From a virus (Duplodnaviria; Caudoviricetes), in IMG/VR virus record IMGVR_UViG_3300032269_000528, positions 1-49,292 of that record: 49,292 nucleotides of DNA. One strand, 5' to 3'. The notes beneath the pieces are model-generated. The model saw nothing but the letters and a program-made list of their open reading frames with translations, did no database searches and was not told the origin of the DNA. Position numbers and translations under genes: made by a program. Shown here in pieces: positions 16,074 through 26,114 of this stretch. Positions within the stretch are counted from its first letter, which is position 1. The number at the start of each line of letters is the position of its first letter.

Positions 16074-16427
16074 TTATTGGCACCCCTGCTTTGTGTTTAA
16101 TTCAAGATTAGGATTAGTGATTGGATAAACTTCCAATACGCCATCTTTAGGAAATACCAGCGGGTGAGCTAGCTGCATTTTGCCGCCCATGCGCGGACCC
16201 TCTGGGCCATGAAAATAAGCTAAATGAGTGTAAGTACCGGCAGGAACGTTAACGAAAGCCCTGCCGGTTATCTGCTCATCTTCTATACCCCACACAATGC
16301 CGCCGCGAGAATACGAAACATCTTCCGGTTCCCCATACGCCACCAACCCCGCACCAGGGTCTTGCGTACACACTCCCACAAAGCTAGGCCAGATGACCGC
16401 GCCAAGATATCCTTGACTTTCGATCAT
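16074..16427 (-). CDS. minor tail / virion protein
   Basis: EP....YSR....W....ITG....VPAGTYTH; resembles the neighbouring gene 16424-16783. Confidence 0.65.
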   Translation of the reverse strand: MIESQGYLGAVIWPSFVGVCTQDPGAGLVAYGEPEDVSYSRGGIVWGIEDEQITGRAFVNVPAGTYTHLAYFHGPEGPRMGGKMQLAHPLVFPKDGVLEVYPITNPNLELNTKQGCQ

Positions 16428-16783
16428 GTGATCGTAAACGTCGGGGTCACCACCGCCGAGCCTTGTGCGTTATAGGTTGTTGAAGTGACGGTGCAGTTAT
16501 CAAACATGTTTGCGCTTGCGACGAGGGCGGCAGACGCCAGAATGGCGTAAGTTACCGTCGTGGTTGTCGGGACGTTAATTGTTACCGCCGAACCGGTAAT
16601 AACGCCAGACGAAGCGGCACCCCACGTTGTTTGAACCCGAGCATAGGCGGGAGAGCCACCCGAAATTTCGGTGCTTGGCGTGGTGCCGGTGCCGGGAGTG
16701 GTAGCCGCCAACCCGATCCACGTTGCCTGCGTACCATAATATGTAGCCAAAGTGCTGCGGCTGTTTATTACTGCAATAGCCAT
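16424..16783 (-). CDS. minor tail protein
   Basis: E.SGGSPAYAR....W.....G.ITG..VTINVP motif common in actinophage tail-end genes. Confidence 0.7.
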   Translation of the reverse strand: MAIAVINSRSTLATYYGTQATWIGLAATTPGTGTTPSTEISGGSPAYARVQTTWGAASSGVITGSAVTINVPTTTTVTYAILASAALVASANMFDNCTVTSTTYNAQGSAVVTPTFTIT

Positions 16784-16792
16784 AGTTCCCTC

Positions 16793-17170
16793 TTATCCAT
16801 TGTTATTATATTGCTGAGAAAGCAGGGCGTTGGTGGCTACCGCTTCCGCAAGTTTCGACCACCCTTGGGCCACAATCAAATAATCCAACTGGGCTTGTCC
16901 GGTAGCACTGTTAGCGGATACCAAAGCCGCGTCGGCTTTCATCAACAGATCAGTCCTTGTCGCCTGAGTGGTGTCGGCAGACGAACCCAACCCGGTCAAA
17001 TAACCCTGAGCTACCGCAAAATCCCACACCCTACCGTTAACGCAATTAGCTATAGCGTTAGCTGCATTAAGGTAAGGGATAGCCGCTGCCGGTGTTGACT
17101 GCTGACCGGCAGTAGTAGCGAACTGCTGTGCTTTAGCTACCAGTTGTGCGCGAGTATATGTGTAAGCCAA
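16793..17170 (-). CDS. hypothetical helical protein in the tail module
   Basis: 125 aa with an apparent internal duplication (TR..L..KA...A..YL..A). Confidence 0.7.
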   Translation of the reverse strand: MAYTYTRAQLVAKAQQFATTAGQQSTPAAAIPYLNAANAIANCVNGRVWDFAVAQGYLTGLGSSADTTQATRTDLLMKADAALVSANSATGQAQLDYLIVAQGWSKLAEAVATNALLSQQYNNNG

Positions 17171-17179
17171 TTCATTCCC

Positions 17180-19147
17180 CTATTGATATGCGCGAATCCA
17201 GACACGTCCCGTTGCGCCAGCACCAGCATTAGCGCCACTTCCAATAAACACTCCGTTAGTTCCCGCGCCGCCACCACCGGGAGCGTTACCGTTGATAGTG
17301 GAACCATTATTGTTAGTTCCCGCCGCAGCCCCACCCGTATAGGTTTGGCTGTTAAAAGTCAGGTTTCCCGGCGACGAGCCTTGCTCTGTCACACCCTGGT
17401 TGGGACTTGAGGCACCTCCGATACCGGCACTTCCCGCAGTGGTACTCGCCAGGGACACCGCTATCGCGGCCCACGGCGACGAAGCCGCTAGCGTGCCGCC
17501 AGTTTGATAGCCGAAACCACTACTGTTGTCGTCTGTCATATAGAACGAAGGCGCAGTGGCGTTTGCATACCGTGATGTAACACCTGCCGTGTAAGACGAT
17601 AATGTGCTAGTTTTAGCAAAAATCGCGCCCACAACCATACCGCCAAACCCGGCGGCAAAAGAAGAAGCAAAAGGGGCGGCGTTGGTGCCGCCGCTAGCCG
17701 GTACGTCATACCCGTTTGGGAGGGCGGTGACAGTTCCGACGTTTCCGTAAGAAACCGAATCGGCTTTCAGGTTTGTGAACGTAACCGAACCGGTGACCGT
17801 GGCGACTACCGTTTTGGCCCCCGCCCCCGCCGCTATGCCAAGTCCGAACATTTCCAACCAACCGTTACCCGACGCCCCACCAGCGTCAATGACATTCAGG
17901 CTGGTCATAGCGACACCACCGTAAGTCACTGACCGTGTGGCCGAAGCCGCCCCGACGTTGGAAACACTGACCGCAACTAAGACGTAGTTGTCAGACGATG
18001 CGGGTGTGTGTGTCCACGACCCCGAAATTGTTCCGGTGCCTGACGCGACAGTTACACCTGGCCCTGCCGCACCGAACTCGACGGCCAACGCCGAACCGTA
18101 ACCGCTACTGCCATAGCCGCCGACGCCACCCGCGCCACCCGCCCCGACATACACGCTCAGGGAAGTTTTAGCCCACCCGATATCAGTGCCGCGCACCAAG
18201 GTCTTAGAACCGTATCCACCAGCCCCGCCGCCGCCGCCGTTACTGAACAGGCCACCGCCAGCGTTTCCACCGCCACCGCCACCCAACACAACAACATCAA
18301 GTTTGTTGCACCAATACGGGATAGTGTAAGTGTTAACTCCCGCCGTGGAAATGGTGGTCAGTACCGCCGCCGTTGTTGGGAATTGCGGCTGGGCAACCAG
18401 CGATCCCGTGCCGGATAGCGCCTGAGCAATCGTTTGTCTTGTGGTTAACGCCGAAGTCAAGGTGCCCGAACCCGACAAGGCGGCGGCAAGACGGCCCTGC
18501 TGGACGGCAGACAAAGTTCCCACACCGGTTAACGCGGCAGCAAGTTTTGCCGACTGAACAGCAGACAATAATCCTGTACCCGATAGTGTAGCGGCTAGGT
18601 TTTGAATCGGATTTAGCACCGACGATAAAACACCCAAACCGGTCAGCGTTTCTTTCAAAGCGGCAGACTGAACCGCCGACAACGATCCGCTACCCGATAG
18701 TGCCGCCGCCAAGTTTTGCACCGGACTCAACACCGCCGACAAAGCACCCGCCGCAGACAAAGACTCAACCAGCCGTGCAGCCTGCACAGCCGACAAAACA
18801 CCCGTACCCGACAGAACACCATCGGAGGACGTTTTGAACCCGGCAGACAACAACCCAGACCCCGACAACAGTTCTTTTAGTCCCGAAGCCAAACCGGCCA
18901 CCAAGACGCCCGAGGAAGAAAATCCAGACAGCGCCGACGATGTGAAATTCACCAAAAGGATGCCCTCGCCAGACAGATCGGCAGCAATCCTTGGGTAAAT
19001 CAATCCCCAAACTACCGTCACCGGTAGCTCTGCCTGAGACACCGGAGCCGACGAGAACCCCAACGTGGCAGGTAAAACGGCATCGCTAGAGAGGGAATCA
19101 GACCAGGACAAGGTTACGGGCAAGCCGTCATCAGGGGTCCACGCCAC
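17180..19147 (-). CDS. minor tail protein with LSG.G.LS repeats and a glycine-rich domain
   Basis: About 10 tandem L(S/T)G.G.L(S/T)A repeats; YTIP.WC..LDVVVLGGGGGG...PGGGGAG...GA.GRVWIRAYQ. Confidence 0.85.
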   Translation of the reverse strand: MAWTPDDGLPVTLSWSDSLSSDAVLPATLGFSSAPVSQAELPVTVVWGLIYPRIAADLSGEGILLVNFTSSALSGFSSSGVLVAGLASGLKELLSGSGLLSAGFKTSSDGVLSGTGVLSAVQAARLVESLSAAGALSAVLSPVQNLAAALSGSGSLSAVQSAALKETLTGLGVLSSVLNPIQNLAATLSGTGLLSAVQSAKLAAALTGVGTLSAVQQGRLAAALSGSGTLTSALTTRQTIAQALSGTGSLVAQPQFPTTAAVLTTISTAGVNTYTIPYWCNKLDVVVLGGGGGGNAGGGLFSNGGGGGAGGYGSKTLVRGTDIGWAKTSLSVYVGAGGAGGVGGYGSSGYGSALAVEFGAAGPGVTVASGTGTISGSWTHTPASSDNYVLVAVSVSNVGAASATRSVTYGGVAMTSLNVIDAGGASGNGWLEMFGLGIAAGAGAKTVVATVTGSVTFTNLKADSVSYGNVGTVTALPNGYDVPASGGTNAAPFASSFAAGFGGMVVGAIFAKTSTLSSYTAGVTSRYANATAPSFYMTDDNSSGFGYQTGGTLAASSPWAAIAVSLASTTAGSAGIGGASSPNQGVTEQGSSPGNLTFNSQTYTGGAAAGTNNNGSTINGNAPGGGGAGTNGVFIGSGANAGAGATGRVWIRAYQ

Positions 19148-19162
19148 TTAAATCTTCCCCCT

Positions 19163-19453
19163 TTAAGAAATAACCTCCCACGGCAAGGAAGGCTGCATGT
19201 CATTCCACACCGAACCATCCGGCCCAGAAACCCTCCACTTAAAAACACCGCCATCGCTTATCCTATGAGCAATAGCGCCAGTAGAGGGATCGCGCCTCAC
19301 CGTACCCACCGGGTCACCGCCACGCACCGTATTCCATGCCGTCAACACCGTCGCAACTTGCTCTGCGGTCAAATCCTCAATATGACCAGCAATTTCCTGC
19401 GATATCTTATCAGTCACTTCAATTTCAATGTCATCCGAAGATGGAGTAGTCAT
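19163..19453 (-). CDS. hypothetical protein in the tail module
   Basis: G.PVGTVRRDP.TG..A.R....G...W.V motif. Confidence 0.75.
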   Translation of the reverse strand: MTTPSSDDIEIEVTDKISQEIAGHIEDLTAEQVATVLTAWNTVRGGDPVGTVRRDPSTGAIAHRISDGGVFKWRVSGPDGSVWNDMQPSLPWEVIS

Positions 19454-22212
19454 TAATTCAAACTCCTATTAAGAAGGGCACCAGACCAATAAGCCTTAAT
19501 GCCCGTTGCCTCACCGACCAACACCGAACCGGCGCTCCACGTCGAACTGTAACCCGGCTGAATAACATCATTAGCATTCAAATATATCACAAACGTGCCC
19601 GAAGCGTTTTGCATACCACTATTGATGTTGCTAGTGGTACCTCCGCTAATCTGAACACAAGAACCATTACGAAAAATTGCAGCCGACATAACACCGCCAG
19701 CACCAATACCTATCATCCCGTTAGCAGTGTTTACGTTAACACAAATTTCGTACCATCCGGCAATCGAAACGGTCACAGAATTGGCCGCTAAGTTATAGGT
19801 TACGTCCGGTGTCGCATACTGCAAAGTGTCAAACCAGCCAGCGGAAAAAAGATTATTTCCTGTGGACACGGTTCCCGTTGTAGTAGATGTGCGGTACTGC
19901 CGCCACCCCGAACCCACCTGTGTTTGAGGCTGATTATCGACAAACGAAAATGCGGCCACCGTCGCGGCATACCCGCTGTGAGTTCCACGCCTGGCTTGCG
20001 TAGGGACGCTGCTTGAAAAACCGCCAAATCCGGCATAGCGATAAGAAGAACCCAAAGATGAAGTGGTCCCAGATTCTGTTACCGTAAAAACGGGGTAAGT
20101 ATTTTGTAAGATTTGGAAAACCCTCGCCCCGCCCGTGGTGCCACAAATTAAAGAATACGTGGCACCGGGTACAAAGGTAAACGAAGAAGAACTACCTAAA
20201 ACAGTAACTACGTTAGCAACCGAACAACCAATTTCGCAATAGTTAGCTTTTAGCATAGCATAAACAAAATTTGAAGCCGAATCATTCATTCGACCCAAAA
20301 TGTAACTAGCGCCAACGTAACCTGACGAAGAAGTCGGAGTGGAAGAAAAAATGCAACTAACATTTTGATAATCGGTGATAGTTGACGATTGCGAAATAGA
20401 TACAGTGCCGCCCGTTAGGCTCGACGCATCGCACGAAAAGGTTCCCGGCGTAACGGCATCAGCAAGGTTCACATAGTAAGGCCCACCCGTACTACCTGTC
20501 ACCGTCGCATTACCGGCACCGATATTAGACAGGGCAACAAGCGCCGCCTGCACTGTAGCCGTGGTCGCATTATAGGCAATAGCAGATGTTGTTTGAACGT
20601 TACCTGTATTAGTGGTAAAAGTTAGAAGTAACGTGCCAGCGGTAGGGGCAGGAACTCCCAAAGAAATGATAGCTGACTCAAACTGGGCGCGATACAAACG
20701 GTCGCCAGTACCGTTATAAAAACCAGCCCCCGCCGCATAGTATGTATTATCTACAACTAAAGTGTGGGTGCCAGTATTAGAATATGTTACAGACAATTGA
20801 TTGGGCAAAGCTGCTGCTGTAGTAAAATCAATGAATCCGCTGTTTCCAGAGTTTGCCGCATTGGTTGTTGTAGTCTTTAACGCATTTACGTCGGTGCGAA
20901 GCTGAGAAATTGAAATAGCAGAACTTTTTGAAGCGTTCTGAACGTCGTCAGCAGATTTGAAAAACCCGCCAGTGATACCTGTAACTAAACCATTAAAGCC
21001 ATTAACCAGATTGTCGTAAGCGCTCTGCATATCGGTAACAATAGTATTGCCGATATTGTTTCCCGAATTTAATCCACCAACAAGGTGGCCCGAAATTGTG
21101 CCAGTCTTTGAAAGACGAAGATCATCCCACCATACTGAACCACCGGTAACAACACTGTTTACCATTATTTCCAAGTATACGGTATCGACCCCAGCGGGAA
21201 CTGTGTAATTTCCCGTCAATTCCGTCCACGAACCCGAGGACGCCACGGTGCCTGAACCGGGCCACGTCGCAATAGGGGTGACCGTTTGCAATACCCCATT
21301 AAGATACGACGCAATCGACAACGTAAACGCAGCACCGGAAGTGGCCGTAACACCGGACCACTGCACATATCCTCCCGCCGAAAGCTGATCCCCGGCAACA
21401 GTGCCCACCGCCACCCCGGCGGCAGGCAAAGCGGGAGTAGCTGTCGGAACCGTCAACGTTGAATCGTTGCTGACCTCAAAGCTGCCGGTTACCGAAGCGT
21501 CAAATATCACATAGTACGGGCCACCGGCATCTCCGGTAACCGTAGCATTACCCGAACCTACGCTAGTCAATGCAACTAAAGCCGCCTGCACTGTAGCAGG
21601 GGAAGCGTTATACGCGATATTGGAAGTAATGTAAGAACCCACCAAGAGTGTAAAATAGCCGCCAGTCGGCGCACCCGAAACGGTAACCGTATAAGAAGGC
21701 CCAAAAACATCAATTGGATTTGACAAAAGGGTCTTGGTAGTTCCATTTCCTAAACACGTAGCGGACCCAAGAGAAGTCCTACCAGTCAGACTGTCCCACG
21801 AAAAACCGCTTTCATCGGCAACCGAAACAGAATTAGAAAAATCTCCATTAACTACAAGATTTGAGTTTACCGAAGCTACAGCGGCAGCAACATGAGAATG
21901 AGAAACCCTTGGAGTTCTACTTGGCCTAACCGGATTAACGACAGCCGTATTGTAGAAAGACTGCATATACCCCGGTGCCGCTTGGCTAGTAGTAACCGTT
22001 TGGGGGGAACTAGCCGGATTCTGAATAGTGCTTTGATTTGGATTGTGCCCCAGCAAGCCGCCGGTCAAATGCCACAAAATTGAGTTAATTAAACCATCAA
22101 TAAGCCTTTTTGCGCTGGCCTGAATTGCCTGCTGATTCGCTAAAGCTGCCTGCTTAGCAATGGCGGGAGGGACGCTGTGAACAGACGGGTTGGGTGTAAT
22201 CGGGTACGTCAT
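19453..22212 (-). CDS. minor tail protein / receptor-binding candidate
   Basis: CBM-like segment (NL..NGDF...WTELTG.YTVP.GV...VWWDD), lectin-like segment (YRYAGFG) and C1q/TNF-like C-terminus. Confidence 0.85.
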   Translation of the reverse strand: MTYPITPNPSVHSVPPAIAKQAALANQQAIQASAKRLIDGLINSILWHLTGGLLGHNPNQSTIQNPASSPQTVTTSQAAPGYMQSFYNTAVVNPVRPSRTPRVSHSHVAAAVASVNSNLVVNGDFSNSVSVADESGFSWDSLTGRTSLGSATCLGNGTTKTLLSNPIDVFGPSYTVTVSGAPTGGYFTLLVGSYITSNIAYNASPATVQAALVALTSVGSGNATVTGDAGGPYYVIFDASVTGSFEVSNDSTLTVPTATPALPAAGVAVGTVAGDQLSAGGYVQWSGVTATSGAAFTLSIASYLNGVLQTVTPIATWPGSGTVASSGSWTELTGNYTVPAGVDTVYLEIMVNSVVTGGSVWWDDLRLSKTGTISGHLVGGLNSGNNIGNTIVTDMQSAYDNLVNGFNGLVTGITGGFFKSADDVQNASKSSAISISQLRTDVNALKTTTTNAANSGNSGFIDFTTAAALPNQLSVTYSNTGTHTLVVDNTYYAAGAGFYNGTGDRLYRAQFESAIISLGVPAPTAGTLLLTFTTNTGNVQTTSAIAYNATTATVQAALVALSNIGAGNATVTGSTGGPYYVNLADAVTPGTFSCDASSLTGGTVSISQSSTITDYQNVSCIFSSTPTSSSGYVGASYILGRMNDSASNFVYAMLKANYCEIGCSVANVVTVLGSSSSFTFVPGATYSLICGTTGGARVFQILQNTYPVFTVTESGTTSSLGSSYRYAGFGGFSSSVPTQARRGTHSGYAATVAAFSFVDNQPQTQVGSGWRQYRTSTTTGTVSTGNNLFSAGWFDTLQYATPDVTYNLAANSVTVSIAGWYEICVNVNTANGMIGIGAGGVMSAAIFRNGSCVQISGGTTSNINSGMQNASGTFVIYLNANDVIQPGYSSTWSAGSVLVGEATGIKAYWSGALLNRSLN

Positions 22213-22227
22213 TATTACCCTCCCCTA

Positions 22228-23397
22228 TCAGTTGGTGCCGGGAACCGGATTGATTTTCACAGAAAAATAAGCCCCCGTTGAGGGCACCGTGTAAGCGTCC
22301 GTAGTCGAAGCAACCTGATTCGACGCAAAATATAACGTAGAGGCTATACCGGCAGGAACAACACCATAACCGCTTGCCAAAGTACCGCCAAACGATTGAG
22401 TCAAAACCACCGCCGGGGCAGTACCCGCAGTGTTCATAGCTGACGTTACGCCCCGCGTACCGTAGCCGTAGCCAACCTGCTGGCCCGTCGCCAACGTTGT
22501 TCCGTTAGACGTAGAGCAAATGACAGCCTTCAAATCTATTTCCGTATTTACGGTTCCAAACGGGACGGCTTGGCCTCTCACATCGGGAACCCAGTTGAAC
22601 GGCTGCGCCGGAATGGTGATATACCCTAGAGACTGCAAACCATTGTTGCCCGTGTACGAAGTGACCGTTCCTTGAAGCGTCCCACCAACCGGCTGAGCCG
22701 CATACCGAAACTTAGACGTAGAAGAATTCCACTTGACCATGTACTGATCCTGTAGAGCAACCGTCGTCGTATCCAAATCCGACACACCAGCCAGGGTGTA
22801 AGAACCCTGCACCGAAACCGTAGGGCTGGTGCCGCCAGTCAAGGAAGCCCCGCTAGCAGTCATCATCACAATGGCTGTAGACCCAACCGGAGCAACCGTC
22901 ACATAATACGGGTTAGTACCCGTCACCGTAAACGTCGCCAGCGAACTAAACGCAGTGTTTAGCGCACTGGCAATCGTAGTAGAAGATAGACCAGAGATAG
23001 TGATTGCAGCCGTCGTAGTAGAACCCCACGACATAGTAAACGAGCCGCCCGTAGGGGAACCCGCCAACGTCAAAATCTGCACGCTGTTCAAAGACTGACC
23101 GGCAGGACCGGACGGGATGGACAGATTCAAAGTGTAGTGAGAGGACTGCCCCGAACCGCCCGACGAGTTCGTTGTCCACGAACCCGAAGCCGACGAACCC
23201 GAAGGCAACGTCGTCACGCTCACACTATCCAGTACAGGCGGCAAACCCGGCGTTCCCTGAGCAAGCACAGGAAGCTGACCGACGCCGCCACTCGGAGTCA
23301 AAACCAGAGTGGCAACGCCGGTAGTAAGGTCGGTCGCATTCGTAACGGTAACGGTGCCAGCCCAAGTAAAACTATTACCGTTCTGAGTGATAGCCAA
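22228..23397 (-). CDS. minor tail protein
   Basis: G.A.LVLTP.GG...LP.L.QG.PGLPP and IPAQPF.W.P.V.G motifs; located after the hub gene. Confidence 0.85.
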   Translation of the reverse strand: MAITQNGNSFTWAGTVTVTNATDLTTGVATLVLTPSGGVGQLPVLAQGTPGLPPVLDSVSVTTLPSGSSASGSWTTNSSGGSGQSSHYTLNLSIPSGPAGQSLNSVQILTLAGSPTGGSFTMSWGSTTTAAITISGLSSTTIASALNTAFSSLATFTVTGTNPYYVTVAPVGSTAIVMMTASGASLTGGTSPTVSVQGSYTLAGVSDLDTTTVALQDQYMVKWNSSTSKFRYAAQPVGGTLQGTVTSYTGNNGLQSLGYITIPAQPFNWVPDVRGQAVPFGTVNTEIDLKAVICSTSNGTTLATGQQVGYGYGTRGVTSAMNTAGTAPAVVLTQSFGGTLASGYGVVPAGIASTLYFASNQVASTTDAYTVPSTGAYFSVKINPVPGTN

Positions 23398-23414
23398 CTT
23401 TTAAATCCTATTCA

Positions 23415-26114
23415 CTAGTTAGACAACGTAAGAATCTGGAACGCCTCTTGGAACTTAGCCAAGCTACGCTGAATCCTGATAGCGGGAGCCTCATGGGTCT
23501 TACCGTCACCAATAACAACAGTGGCCTTAGCCCTTTGCTGCGGGGAATCTTCAACTTCAATTCTCTTAACATAATCAGTATACAAATACCCGCCAATGCC
23601 CATAGAGGCAAGGCCACCGAGAAATATGTCCTTACCAATAGTGTACGGATAACCGTTATCGAAGCTGACAATAATTCCGTGATATCCACGGGTATCCCAC
23701 ATAGCATCCCGCAACGCAAACCACTCATCAAGAGTGTAAGCAGAAGAACCGGTCTGCTGGAAATACTCGGGGAAACAATACGGACCCATAGAAATTCGAC
23801 GGTCGGAATTTTCTATTAACTGAAATGCCAAAATAATATCATCAAAAGTGCCGTCTAAAAAGGCTGAAGGAATTCCAGTAAAGCCAATAGCAATTTCGAT
23901 AGCATCAATAAAAAATTCGAGCGTAACATTGATTAAATCATTTATCCAGTGCGGCGATTTTCCGCCACCAATAACCGTGTGCGCTAATGGCGAATGCGGA
24001 ATCAAATGAAATTCTCTGATCCCGCCGCGAGCATTATCGGAAAAGACAACCCAAGGTTTAACAAAGTTAACGCCAAGAGCCGGGGCGATATTAATACCTT
24101 CCGGTGCATACTCATTTCGTGGATTCAAGAAAGGCTTCAAAACGTCACCCAAAACACTGGCATTCAAATCGACAACATCTTTAATTATACCGTCGATAAA
24201 GGTGCCGGTGGGGCCGGTGACACCGGACATGTCCTTAACGTCAACAACAATTGTTGCCACCGTCAAAGGCCAAAGAAGGCCATTCGGTTGAGGCTCACCA
24301 GGAAGCCACAAATCAGCCGTCAAATGAAGCCCATAAGACTTCATCACTTTATCCATCAAGGACGACAACTTATCCATTCGACCATTAATGGAAGTCCACG
24401 GCGAAGGGTCCAAAAATGGATTAGTCGGAACAACAACAATTGGTGTCGTCAGCATCTTTTTAATATCGCCGTCATTCTCAAGCAAAGTTCCGAACCAGGA
24501 ACGCCAATCCAAATTGCCGGAAGCCGCATTATCTACTATCTCCCATAAACCAGATTGCAAACGAAAAACCTGCTCCGCAATCATGGTTTTAATGCACGTT
24601 ATAGCAGGGCCAATATACACTGCACGCGACGGAATTTGAAACTGAATTGGCAAAAACGGATCAGGCCAGCACATAATCTTATCAAACCACTGATAATCGT
24701 CAGTGCAATACACAATGACGCTATACTCGCCCTCTTTATATTCATAATCCACATACTCAACCCGGCCAGACCAACGCAAATACCCGTACTTAATAGTAAC
24801 AGGAACCACCGACTGCCAACAGTCCATAACAACAGGCACCAAAGGATCGGTGTGCTTCAAAACAATAGAAGCAGTTCCAATAGCATTATGATTAAAAACA
24901 CAACTCAGTTTCTTGTAGTCCGCACACAGACCCGCAAATCCATAAGTCTTGGTGTAAAACGTTACTTCAATATCGACAATTGGTGCGGCTTCCTCAGTCG
25001 CAACCGTCAACGCCGCCGTCGAAGCAGCCACAGGATTATTGCTTTGCAAAGCCTTAGACAAATACTTTTTATTCGAAGCAACCATCGCCGTCGAATCAGA
25101 ACTAACCGGGCGCGGTGTAGTCAAATAGGTTTCCGCTGTACTATTCAAATAGTTCAACGCAATCTGATATGACGACAAACCATTCTGCGGATCACCCGGC
25201 GGCGGCTCAAAAGGATACCCGCAATGGCCCGTCAAAGAAGAACCGGTAACCAATCCCAAGGCGGTGTCAAAAACCCCTTTTGCTGTAGCAAAAGTAGTAC
25301 CCAAAGAAGCCAGGTTTTTTGATATCACAGTTGATATGTCGGAGCCGCCCCAGTAACCGCAAATAAGTCCGGTCAAAAGCTGCCAGTTAGCCCCCACCGT
25401 GGTATCACCAACAGAAGAAAACACGTCACCAACGCTGGTGAAATCCCACCACAAAGAATCAATGCTGCCAGTCATTCTAAACTTTTCAGGCAGGCAGCCG
25501 TGGCCCCCCGTGCTGGAACCGGAGCTATCAAAAGCGCCAGACCATGAACTACCGGGCCAAGTGTGATTCTTTTGCCTGACCGGGTTTCCGAACGTCACAC
25601 CGGCCAGCAGGTCATTGCGCCGATCCTGAAGCACACCAGAAATGATTTCTTGATATACCTGACTGGTCACAACAGCGCCCTGGCTGTATCCCGCCAACAT
25701 GAACGGCCCAGGAGTTTGTTGTATAGCCGATATAAGATTATTGACGCCAACTTGAATGCTAGAAGCCATCAATCCAAGAGCGTTGCCGCCAGTAACAAAC
25801 GAATCAGGATATTCAATGTATACCGGATTAATTAAGTCGGGATCGGCTAGACGGGCAAATGGGTCACCGACGCCGCCTGCCGTAGAATCGTAAATAAAAG
25901 ACCTGCCATCGACACCCTGCACAACCTTACCGTTGTAGCTTTTTAATGCCGGAATTATATTAGCGAGAGTACCCGCATGATAAGCGTCCGTGTTAGCTGT
26001 AGTGGCCTCAATAGCCCCCAAGCCGGGTCCAAGATTAATCATCCCAAACAGATAGGCAGTACCGGGAACGTAGAAAAGGGTTACCTTCTGCTGGGGTGAG
26101 GTCACTCGGGCCAT
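23415..26114 (-). CDS. tail hub (Gp37/Tal-like) protein with an N-terminal LysB/cutinase-like hydrolase domain
   Basis: C-terminal ~550 aa has RWSGRV, WP.P.LP...Q.P, GGKSP.W.N and WDTRGY motifs of actinophage minor tail proteins; N-terminal ~325 aa has GYSQG/GNP.R/D/H. Confidence 0.88.
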   Translation of the reverse strand: MARVTSPQQKVTLFYVPGTAYLFGMINLGPGLGAIEATTANTDAYHAGTLANIIPALKSYNGKVVQGVDGRSFIYDSTAGGVGDPFARLADPDLINPVYIEYPDSFVTGGNALGLMASSIQVGVNNLISAIQQTPGPFMLAGYSQGAVVTSQVYQEIISGVLQDRRNDLLAGVTFGNPVRQKNHTWPGSSWSGAFDSSGSSTGGHGCLPEKFRMTGSIDSLWWDFTSVGDVFSSVGDTTVGANWQLLTGLICGYWGGSDISTVISKNLASLGTTFATAKGVFDTALGLVTGSSLTGHCGYPFEPPPGDPQNGLSSYQIALNYLNSTAETYLTTPRPVSSDSTAMVASNKKYLSKALQSNNPVAASTAALTVATEEAAPIVDIEVTFYTKTYGFAGLCADYKKLSCVFNHNAIGTASIVLKHTDPLVPVVMDCWQSVVPVTIKYGYLRWSGRVEYVDYEYKEGEYSVIVYCTDDYQWFDKIMCWPDPFLPIQFQIPSRAVYIGPAITCIKTMIAEQVFRLQSGLWEIVDNAASGNLDWRSWFGTLLENDGDIKKMLTTPIVVVPTNPFLDPSPWTSINGRMDKLSSLMDKVMKSYGLHLTADLWLPGEPQPNGLLWPLTVATIVVDVKDMSGVTGPTGTFIDGIIKDVVDLNASVLGDVLKPFLNPRNEYAPEGINIAPALGVNFVKPWVVFSDNARGGIREFHLIPHSPLAHTVIGGGKSPHWINDLINVTLEFFIDAIEIAIGFTGIPSAFLDGTFDDIILAFQLIENSDRRISMGPYCFPEYFQQTGSSAYTLDEWFALRDAMWDTRGYHGIIVSFDNGYPYTIGKDIFLGGLASMGIGGYLYTDYVKRIEVEDSPQQRAKATVVIGDGKTHEAPAIRIQRSLAKFQEAFQILTLSN

